A stretch of DNA of 63,690 nt, the filler included, from Intoshia linei (taxonomy: Eukaryota; Animalia; Orthonectida): the NCBI GenBank assembly GCA_001642005.1. It is 4 parts of 4 records of this genome, joined end to end, with 100 filler letters (N's around TTAATTAATTAA, not from the genome) between each part and the next. Parts side by side here need not be neighbours in the genome. Positions count along the whole stretch, not along the records: positions 21,459 to 53,302 come from LWCA01000336.1; 3 more parts are not named here. The stretch is one strand, 5' to 3'. The translations under genes and the position numbers were made by a program. How positions within the stretch are numbered: position 1 is the stretch's first letter; every line of letters starts with the position of its first letter. Of this stretch, positions 28,828 through 40,500 are shown in pieces. The notes under the pieces are model-generated. The model ran no database searches. It saw nothing but the letters and a program-made list of their open reading frames with translations, and was not told the DNA's origin.

Positions 28828-29730
28828 TCCATATTTATATAATATGCTACCCAATATTTATTTGTGTGTGTGTTCCACTTTATTTCAACAACTACCAATC
28901 TTAGAATTTTATAAAGTCCACATTTCAATAACAGTTTTTTCCGGGTGATAATAAGATAAATTTCAACCTCCCAAACTAACATCTTACGGGTCAAAAACTC
29001 CAATTGTCCTTTTTTTCGAAAATCAAACGAGTTGGAAAATTTAAAACAATATATACGCTGATACCGATTTTAAAATCATAAATAGTATCATAAATTTAAA
29101 AAATTTATATCTTCAGGGCCAAAACCCCAAATTACCCTTTTTTTTTTTTTATGAAAACAGGCCTAGAATTTAAAAAAATTTACAGGTGGTACAGTTGTAT
29201 CCTGTTAACACACACAGTACAGTTGTATCCTGTTAACACACATAAAAAATTTCAATCCGAATAAGTGACGACCTTCACGATCAAAAAAGTATTTTAGTAT
29301 TTATATTTTTTTTTCCGAAATATTTCATTAAATAAAATGTGAAATAATTAACAGTTCGAAAATTAATTAAAAAAAATATTATTCTGATAGAGCTTATTCC
29401 AGTTGATATAAATAGAAAATTTCAAGCCCAGAAATCAACGAATTCCCGGTAAAAAATAATTTTTAATGTATTATCAACCAATATTTTTCAAATATTTCGA
29501 TTAAATAAAAATTGAAATAAGAAATTGAAGTAAATATTGATCCTACAATTTCAAAAAAAAATGTGTATTGAACGTTTACACATTTCCAATAAAGAAATAT
29601 GGGTGAAAATGTATATAATTCATTTCTTCCGATTTTTTTTCACCATTGCAATTTTTAAATTTCAAATTCTCATTTCAAAATTTTTGTTTCAAATTTAAAC
29701 TACAACAACGAAACTAAAAGTATTACAACT
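28828..29730 (+). mobile_element. Helitron-like family, 5' portion
   Basis: A|TCCATATTTATATAATATGCTAC 5' end followed by a TTTGTGTGTGTG microsatellite and the family core. Confidence 0.7.
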
Positions 29731-30822
29731 TTTTTATTATCATTTTTATATTTATTACAATCCTTGGTTACTATTACGTATTGGTTATAAAAATTTTGGT
29801 ATACTCAAGTAACTTTCTATATTTCATATTAATAAATTTAAAAAGTAGGCCCCTCATGACTGTAGGAACGGGTCATATGATCCCTAGACCTTTGGTATAA
29901 ATTTTTTTTTATTGTTGTAACTATTTTATTCAAATAAAAAATTTGAAATAATTAATGGTCCCAGAATTTAAAAAAAGATTATTATACAGCTTTTTCCAGT
30001 TGATATAGATACAAAATTTCAACCTCAAAAATCTAAAATAAAAATCTGTATTTTATTTTTCATATATAAAATAAACACTGTCTTCGTCGACAATTATGCT
30101 GAGAATTTCTCGTACGTGTAAAAGTCAAATTTATCAAGTTTTTTACTCTTAATATTAAAACATTAGATTGAAGTGAAAGAAGTTTCTTAACATTGAACTG
30201 GTAATATTTCAGGTTGATTTAATAAGACATATAAGTTTTTGATTTATATAATTTTTAGTTAACTATAATAACTTTTATTACTGTACGACGTACAGTAATA
30301 AAACATTTTAAATCGTTTACTAATAACAAAACGTTCCCGGGGAACACAGATAGGCCACTCGTTTATTAAAATTAAACTTACAGTGCGCATGATTTTATAA
30401 TCAGTATACTATTTTTGTCAATATTGTTTAAAATTTAAATCACATCCATATACGATTAAAAATAAAATGAAACTAGACTCGTTAGATTGATTTAGAAATT
30501 CATGTTTAAAACAATAAAACACTGAATGTGCAACACACTATAACAACCTAATAGCTCAACCAACGCACAACTATCTACTAATAACGCACAAGTCGTTAAC
30601 TGTAAATTTGTAATTGGTTTCAATTGAACAAAACGTGTTTGCAAATTATACAATCCTATACCATGGATATATTAGAATACAACTTTTAATATCCAGCTGT
30701 ACATTCGATAAAGTTATAAATATACATTCTCACTGATTTTAGTTTACACTATATTAAATTTGACGCACTTTTCTCGATTTATATGAAAATTTGTAAGAAT
30801 TGAATATTAAATTTTACAAAAA

Positions 30823-33800
30823 ATGTCGAATTGTCGAAGTAAGAATCATCAAATTTTAAAAGCACTTAGTGACAATTTGTCTGCAATATCTTCTGTAAAG
30901 GATGTTAAGGATGTAAAAAAAAACAATAAACTTGATAAAGTATTTTTTTAATTTAAAAAATAATCATGAGTCGTTTATAATTTTCATATATTTATTAGTG
31001 TCATGAAGAAACTAAAAGATTGATACAATTAATGATTGAAATAATTAATGGTAAAACTGATAAAAATAATCAGGTTGTTATAATATCTCAACTTACCCAT
31101 GAAATGCTTCAACATGGAACTATTCGACAGTTGATTTTGTTGTTGGAGTATATCCGATTTGAGGTTTTTTATTTTTTTTCATTTTTGTATATTTTTTAGA
31201 CTAGAAAAGAGGTGGTCAAATTGGTTAAGGCTCTTCTTAATCAACAAATTGTGTCCAGTGATCATGTAATTGAAAAAATGTTTGATCAAAAACTCATCTA
31301 CCTATTAATCTCAGAGTAATGTTTTTATTTTATATTTTTAATGAAATAAAACTAAAATGATTGTCTATGAAATAAAAAGGTTAACATTATTATTGAAATT
31401 CTTAAAAGTTAATCAATTTGATTATAAATAATTTGGTGCTTATATGTTTATTACGGTGTTCTAAAATTTTATAAATTAAATTACAAATCTGAAAAAGTAC
31501 TCCAATAGACGCGACACTTTATCTCTTTTAATATTTTTAAAATTAAAATTTAAAATACTATTTGGATTAAATCACTATTTTTTAAACTAAGTTTTGTCGA
31601 TAATTTTCAAATATACCGCAAAAGTATTTGGAATTATTCTGAATTTTAATTTTTATGTTTTCTATGATCATACTAAAAATAGTTAACATTTGTTATTGTG
31701 TTCCGATCAGACACATTTTTGTATTTAATGTATTAGTTCAGTGGTTCTCAACCTTTTTCAGTACATATACCCTTTAGCTATTTTATATTATTGGTGGATC
31801 CCCCTATTATAAAAAAAATCTTAGTCGTACGCTACGTTATGAGTCGATGCTTGTATTGTTTTATAAAATTTTTGACCATAGTTTTTTCGATTGAAAAAAA
31901 TGTAAAATAAGAAATATGTGTAAAAATTGTTATAAAAAATAAAAATTTATATTATAACGCGGGCCGCATAATTGAAGCCTCTGGTCTTGACACTGATGAG
32001 TTACTCAAGGTCATTTGACGAGTAAATTCAGTTGGATTTTTATTCATTAAAGTCGAAATAGCTACAGAAATAGCTGGTAAAATTACAGTTTCTTCCAATG
32101 TGTGAGGTTTACAAGCTTTTGCTATAATTTTTGAAGTTTCATTAGAAGCTGTTAAACCTTCATCTTTTTTGATAACTTCATTATTGAAGATATTGTTCAT
32201 TTTAATCGTTTTAAAGTTGTCACGTTGTTTTGTAAAATACTCTAGTGATGGATTTTTTTCGTTGCCCCAAAATTTATCTGTGGACCCCAAACATTTCATG
32301 TGGACCCCTTAGTGGTTCACATGGACCCAATTGAGAACCACTCTATTAGTCGATCGCATCAAAAAAAGGTTGGGCACCCCTGATCTAGAGCAGTGATGCC
32401 AAAAATATGACATATAAGTTACTAGTGATTTTAATTTTAATGAATAATAATTTCACTAGTGTTACTAGCACAATAATAATATAAAAGTGTACATACCAAA
32501 ATTATTTATCATTTAAAAGTGACACGCAATTAGAAAAGAATACAGCAAAAAAAATTTGTTACGCACCAACTGAAAAGTTTTGCCATCACTAATTTAGAGT
32601 CTAGAATTGAATTTAAAAATTGATAAAAAATCATGGGATGAACACAATACAACTAAAATTAGTTAGCACATCCCATTGTAATATTTTTATTAAATAAAGT
32701 TATTTTTTGTACAACTTTTTTGTATTGGATCTTAAAAATTGACATGCGTCTCCGCAAATTTTTATTATTTCATTTTAATTTTTAAAATTATAGAACACCC
32801 CTAATAATTACATATAATAACTAAACGGTAGTATTATTTATGATTATTTAAATTTGGTTCAAAAATAATACTTTATACGTAGGTGAGTGTTAATGACGAA
32901 ATTGTATCAATATATAATTATGGTCGTTTCATTTAACGTTTATTTAGGTTTTGTGTGTTCATATTATTCTGTCTGTGTGTTATTTTATATGCGCTACTGT
33001 GTATTTATTTTTTTGGATTACAAACTGTAATTAAAACATAAAAGTTAAAATATGGAAAATTTATTTTAAATTTCAATTATCAAGTATCGGTATGTTCGGT
33101 TCTGATAGAAGAATTGGTGATATTACCCCGACCAGTCAGCTGTCACTGTATTTCTGTTGCAGCATTTTTCAAAGATTAATATTTTTCAGTTTAATCAAAT
33201 TATCAGTAATTCTAAATTTAGCTATCATAACAGTATATGCTTTACTTTTATAAAATTGATTGTCTGAGTATACGTAATACGTAACAACGAAATGTTATAT
33301 CAATCTGCAAAATCTGCCCAAGAATGTGCCAAAAAATAATTAAAAACGGTGGCCCTACTGAGTATGTGTTACCGTTTAATTCAAAAATTAAATCCTAGAA
33401 TTTAAAAATACCCGATTTCTAATACGGTTGTTCGAAAATATAAAAATAACAAAATAAAATTAAGTGGGAATAATTCAATTTTTTTAAGGTGACAAAAATT
33501 TTCGAACAATTCTTTAAAGGATTTCTAATAGTGAGCAGTATCATTTTTTAGCAAGATTTTGTAATACTTATTGGTTTGGTTTAATTAAAAAAGTAACAAG
33601 TACATATCGGTCAAGTTAGTAAATACCTAAAAGTTGTGTATATGAATTTTGTTGTAAAAGAATATCAACTACATAAATTGAGAAATATGCCTTGCTGACA
33701 TTTAAATCAATTATTTTATTTAGCTACAACATGTATGAAATCGCTCAAAGTTGTGGAGCTATTTTGAGAGAATGTACAAATCATAATACTTTAGTACGAT

Positions 33801-34459
33801 ACATTTTACAATCTGAAAATTTCTTGCAACTCTTTGAGTTTACCGAAATACCTCAACTTGAAATATCTTATGATGCTTTTTGCACTCTACAGGTTTATTG
33901 ATATATGGTTTAAAATAAAATTATTTAGTCGGCTTTATCCATTAATAAAGCTGCAGCGTCAGAATATTTGGATAAGAACTATGAAGAATTTTTTAGTACT
34001 TGCTATACTGCAATAAATCACGACAATTATGTTTCTCTACGATATTGTTTGATGGTTTTTTATTTTTTAATTATTATGATTCAGTTTTAGTTATTATCAT
34101 CAATACTTCATATTCGAGCCAACCATTCTGTTCGAAACCGATTCATCAATGACCCTGAAAATTTAAGACAAATGATGAAATTGTTGCAACATAAAAGCGC
34201 CAAGATTAAGCTAGATTCATATCACATATTCAAGGTAAACCTGCATGATATATTTATATTTTTTTAGTTGTTCTGTGTCTATGAAAATAAATCTGACGAT
34301 ATTGCAAATATACTTTCAACCAATCGCGATAAAATACTAGATTATCTCAAAAATTTTAAATCCAACCATGATGACGACAAGGATAAATTTAACGAAGAAA
34401 AGGCCTATTTATCCAAAGTTTTAAGACAATTACCGGTACATCAAGATTCCAAACCTTAA
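30823..34459 (+). CDS. CAB39: MO25 / calcium-binding protein 39-like, divergent, 7 exons
   Basis: Spliced IRFETRKE, EIAQSCGAILREC, YDAFCTLQ, DNYVSLR, PENLRQMMKLL, SYHIFK, FNEEKAYL follow the Mo25 family pattern. Confidence 0.88.
31739..32343 (-). mobile_element. hAT (Buster/Charlie-like) internal-deletion derivative carrying a transposase fragment
   Basis: TIRs CAGTGGTTCTCAA / TTGAGAACCACTC; 8-bp TSD TATTAGTT/TATTAGTC; ORF 31952-32299 IIAKACKPHTLEETVILPA...LSNSSVSR resembles the Buster/ZBED5 motif IAK.GKPHTIGE.LI.P..LSN.TV.R. Confidence 0.85.
32391..32591. mobile_element. hAT-type MITE (201 bp)
   Basis: TIRs CAGTGATGCCAAAA / TTTTGCCATCACTA; 8-bp TSD ATCTAGAG/ATTTAGAG. Confidence 0.75.
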
Positions 34460-34527
34460 TTTCTATTTTTATTGTTATTTATAATTTATCTTTTAAATAT
34501 TTAAATAAATCAGCATCATTAATATTG

Positions 34528-37500
34528 TTAATTTGTTAGTTCGTTTTCGTATTGTTTTCGGAAGCAATCTCCCAATGGAAAAAAATCCCAACATCTTTTT
34601 TGGTACAGGGTCCACACGTAAGATTCCTACATGGTTTTTGTTATTTATTCAAGATATTTTTAAACCTGACCCGTGTATTCTGTTTTTGATTTGTTTATTA
34701 AATGCATAATGAAGAATCTAAAAGAATAGGGTTACATTTTAGTTTATTTACGAAAATTTACAGATAGTTTGCAAAATTATGTTCTTTTGTCACATGATTA
34801 TCAAATCCTTGTGGTATCTTATCAAAATAATCTTTTCCTATTCCACAAATGAAACAAGCAGACTAAAATAGTTTAATATTCTATAATTGTCATTGTTATG
34901 TATGTCTCTTTAGTTATATGGAAAAAAACAAATGGGAGGGAAGCGTATTGTGATATATAATTTATAGATTTTTTAAGAGTAATAATTGATTATATGTGTA
35001 TTTACTGTCACAATCACGTATCATTTAAAGATCCTCACGACCACTATGGAAACTAAATTATCAAGAACTTAAACCCAATACCCATGTAAAGAGAAATTAT
35101 ATGATTACCTCCATGTCAGTTTTGACTTGTTCAAGCTGGTTCCTAAGTTCTCCAAATGCATCAATTATTAAACCTAGTTTACAAATTAAAATTACTTAGA
35201 ATTTAATGGGATAATATACCTTGTATAATGGCTAGAAGGATGATTATTACAAAAAAAAAGAATGTGATATCAAATATTATCCGATAGTATTCAATTGGAT
35301 CATTTGCTCCAATTTGATCCAATTCATCACCAATACCTCCACCTGCTCTAATCCCTTTGTATAAATTGAATATGTAGCACTATATTTAACAATTAATATA
35401 ACTAGAAAATAAATCAGATTATTATTTACATATATAAAATTGAATGTCTGTTACCGTTTATTTAAAAAATTAAAAGTCTTAAAATTTAAAAACACAATTT
35501 GTAACACAGTTTTTGATTTACAAATACATTATGTTTTAATCCAAGTTTGATGTTCATAAATTGAGTCACTTCACGGTCAAAATTACATTTTACCTTTTTT
35601 GAAAAATAAAATCAACCCTAGAATTTAAAAAAACAAATTTTAGTCGCGTTTAAAAATTATTAACATTTTTGTAAATCTCAACTATTTCGAGTAGTATTCT
35701 ATAGTGCTAAATTGACAAAAATAAAAATTTAAAAAGATGTAAATAAAAATAAATTACCTGAAAAATATTTTGATAAGCTCAGGTTTATTATACCGTTGTT
35801 ATTAATTCAAAATTTCAAAAATTTTTATAAAGTAAATTAACCCTGAAATTAAATTTATTAATATTTTTGAAATTCCAATTGTATGTATTTATTATAAATT
35901 TACCAGATATTTTGAATTTACCCTAAAGCCTATAGGACTACATTATTATTTCAAAACCCCATTATTAATCCATATATATAACATTTAATAAACAATACCA
36001 TTTCAAATCATCAGGGAAAAATCACCTTTTTCAAATATTTTTTTGAAAAACACGATTTTAGCAAGTCTTATGAGAAAAATAATTAATTTTTCAATAAATG
36101 TTATATATTTCATATTCCCTTTGGGGTCCAAAAAAAGAAATATTTTTAAATGAGGGTTCTTATACTATTTGAATCTGGAACGACTGATATACCGGGTTTA
36201 ACTTTAATTATCGCAATATATATTTGATAAAAATTTTAATATCAATTTTATAAGGATACTAATTTCAGCAAGCTAGGGTTGTCAACTTGTAAAAAAGTGA
36301 AGAACTAAATTAGCAATTGATAAAAATAAGTAAATTTTATACAATTACACAAAAATAACCTATTTTTTTTAAAACATCCAATGACATAACAAATATACTA
36401 AATCAATTAATTAACTTTGGTAAAAATTGCCATCGATGTAACATGTTAGGGTAATAATTTTAAGTTTGAATTAAAAACAACCTTGAACATTCCATTGCAT
36501 ATGCTAATTTTATTTTTGTCCGTTTCAATTAAGTAGTATTTACGGAAATAATTGAATGCTATGACTGTATAAAAATACACAATAATGCATGTTAAGAGTA
36601 ATGTCAGCAAAAGCTATATTTGAAATGAAATGTATAATGATTCAATAAACAACAGTGGTTATTAAAAACTCTATAATGGACAGACCAATATTTTATTTAA
36701 CTAATTTTTCATATAAATTACATTTAATGTTTAATTTGTATCATTAATTAATCTAAAGCGGGTAATTAGTGCTTCCAAATGAAATTTAATTTATTAACCC
36801 GAATACTCCCAGTGTGACCATATGGTAGCACATTACAATTATAAAAACACGTATCAAATTGAAAAAAAGTTTATTAAATATGAAAAATTAAATTAATTAG
36901 TATATTATATAATATTCACGTATTTTAGTTATACGTTTTCACCGATTAGCCTCTTGTGTCACTGACAGTGGGTCAAAACGATTTTTCAAAGGAAAAAAAA
37001 ATTCACTGAAAAAATTTTTTGTATTTTTTATGTTAAAGTTGTGATAACTGAATTTAATAAATACCATATGATGAATTCATGTATTGGCTACAATTTGATG
37101 AAATAATTAGGTATATTGACAGTGCGGTTTTATATATACATGCTTTTATTTGCCTTATTTTCCCAATGTGACCATATGGTCACATAAAATAACTTCATAA
37201 CTACAATTGGTAATTACCTAAAATTTTATATGGTGAAAAATAGGCAAGTATGTATTAACTTCCCAAATTTTTGTAAAAATAGAAGTCAAAAAATTGGAAA
37301 AATTTGTCTGGGAGTATTCGGGTTAAAATGAATTGGCGAATCATTGCTATATACAAACTCTGTTTATAATAGGGGTGTCAGACTCAATTTGCTTGGCGAG
37401 CCAAATGTGACAAAAAAATTATTACGCGGACGGCATAAAAAAACATCTTTACTTAAATCATTATTAAACTAACAGTTTTAATAAATTAATAAAATCAAAT

Positions 37501-40500
37501 AAAAAACAATAATGAAATAAGTGTATAGCTAATGCTAAAATTCCAATCAGGAAAAATAAATCATGAATGACATGCAAAAAAAGAAATGTGGGTGAAAAAT
37601 CTGTGTTATAATATAAATTTTTATTTTTTACACATATTTCTTATTTTACAGTTTTTTCATATATTTTTCATGATTTATTTATTCATTATTATAATTTTAA
37701 CATTATTTATACACTTATTCCATTTTTATTGTTTCATATTTCATTTTATGAATTAAAATTACTATAAATTAATTAAATCTGTTAGTCTTAACATAATTTT
37801 TTGAGTATAGATTTTTTTTGTGCGGCCAGCGTAATAATTTTTTTTTCACATTTGGCTTGCCAAGCAAATTGAGTCTGGCACCCCTGTTCACTATGATACA
37901 TATTTTTTAAATACGCAATTTTTCGCGTATGCACTTAAATTTATCCTTAATATGTGTACTTTAATTCTTAAAACATGACAGTAATGATAATAATTAACGC
38001 TTTCTAATTGATTTAATACTTATCGGTAGTACATTAGTGTACTTATTTAGATTAAACATTTTATCCTTACTTATATATTATGCTACGCAATATTTGTTTG
38101 TGTGTGTGTTCCCGTTTATTTCAATTCTACCAGTCTTAGAATTTTATAAAGCCACATTTCAATTACAGTTTTTTCTGGGGGTGTTAGCAAAATAAATTTC
38201 AACCTCACAAACTCACATCTTACGGGTCAAAACCCCTATTATCCTTTTTTTAAAAATCAAACGAGTTCGAGAGTTTAAAAAAATAAATACTCTGATACAG
38301 ATTTTAAAATCATAAATTTAAATTTAAAAAAAATAAATCTTCAGGGCCAAAACCAAAAATTACCCTTACTTTTTAAATGAAAATAGCCCTAGAATTTAAA
38401 AAAATTTACAGGTGGTACAGTTGTATCCTGTTAACACACACAAAAAAATTTCATTATGAATAAGTGACGCCATCATGGACAAAAAAGCATTTTAGTTTTC
38501 AAATATTTTTTTTCTAAATATTTTATTAAAACAAAAAATGTAAAATAATTAACGGTCCGAAAATTTAAAAAAAAAATTATTCTGATTGAGCTTATTCCAG
38601 TTGATATAAATACAAAATTTCAACCCCAAAAATCGATGCATTCCTGGTGAAAAGTTACCACCGGAAAAAACTGTAATAGAAATTTAGATTTTATAAAATC
38701 CTAAGAAGGTCGTTATTGAAATAAACAATAACACACACAAAAATAAACAAAACATATAAGTAAGGATCATTTTTCCGTAGAATCTCTTTTTTTAACTTAG
38801 ACGGTATATCATTATCAGGGCTGTGTTGAATTGCTGGTAACAGCAACAGCAGCTGCTGTACCGATACAGCAATACTGTTTTTCCAGCATAAGATTTCATA
38901 TATTACATTGAATTTTAGCAGATGTAAAATGAAAATATCACTAAAACCGTATTAACCGTTCATTGTCCATACAAGAAGCAATGAGATTTAAAATAAAATT
39001 TCTATGAAATATACGTGAAATTTGCTAATTAACAATTATTCATTTATAAAAATATAATAGGTTCATTAATAAGTGTTAATTATATGTACTTAAACTTTTT
39101 GTTAGTAAATAGTGTGTCGTTAATCAAATGAAAATCTAGGAATAATACGCAATTTAACACAATTTTGGGTTTACTTCTCAAACATTAGTATAGGTAATTT
39201 TTTATTAAATTAATTCTATTTTTCAAAACATCACTTCGTAAGTTTTTTTTTTTGGATGACAAAAATAAATTAAATATTGACATTATATATATTCTTCCAT
39301 ATATCTTATATATAAAGAATCATCCAGTGTTGATTCAAATAAGCTGTTTCTAACATTTAAGTGAATATTTCTGTGACAAATCTGTGTCAGATTTAAAACA
39401 AAATCAAATTCTAAAATAAACGATTTTGATTGTAAAATAATACTGTAAAAATGTACAGCACTTGTTGTACGACAGCAAAATACAGCATTACTGGTACCAC
39501 CCTGATCATTATACTAATAACCACAATTTATTGTATTGATCAATTAATTCATTAATGCTTCGAATCGATTTATTTGAAATCATTAATGGCGAGTAGCGAT
39601 GCGTTTTAGATCACACCGTAGTTACGTACCTTGTGACAGGTCATGCTTATTGAATCTGTTTAATATTGATATAAATGAGTTGTTTAATATTTTGAATGTT
39701 TTAGGGTGATTAGAATTTAAAATTTTAAAAACCACTGTTATATACATTTTAATATACACTTTTAATTTAATTTTAATTTAATATTATGTATATGCAAAGT
39801 AGAGTGTTTCAAGAAGCTAATTATATCTTTTTGTATCCATAAGGACATCTCCGTAACATCATATAACATCAAATTATTATTATAATATTATAATTATATA
39901 CATGAGAGAAAAAAGTTAAAAATAATAAAAAAAAAATTTTTGCTAGTGTTCTCGATTAAAAAATCAGTAATACTAACTAAATTTGTTACAATGACAAAAT
40001 TGTCAAAATTTATGAAACACTCTAACGTTGATATATTATTACAGCTATTAATAGAAATAAATAATATATGTTACCTGTTTAATGTTGTGTGTCACCTATA
40101 ATATATTAAATTCTACATTATTTCATATTAGTATAGCTTTCAATCAGTTTGTAACAATCAATATTAAACTTGAAAATTAAGATAATTAAACCGCTAAAAT
40201 ATCATTACTCAATTGTGGATAGATATTATTAATTGTGATTGTGATACTTTAAACTTTAAAATTTAAAAAGTGTAAAGCAGCCATGCCAAACTTGGGGTGG
40301 TTTTGAAATTTAATTGCAGCCCGCCGCGACTTTTTATATATTATATTATATATGCCAGTTATGAATCACATCAGAGTAGATGAGTATTTGATTAATGTAG
40401 GCCGTTTCTATTACTTTGTAGTTATAGCTAAATAAGTAGGTTGGTTGTACTGAATTGGTTGGTGGTTAGTAAAATATTAATTTAGTAGCTAAAATGTATT

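Noticed and set aside
39610-39660. AG/GT-bounded 26-nt minus-strand segment near the RyR micro-exon (possible alternative or poison exon)
   Set aside because: In-frame stop and no homology; indistinguishable from chance in AT-rich sequence.
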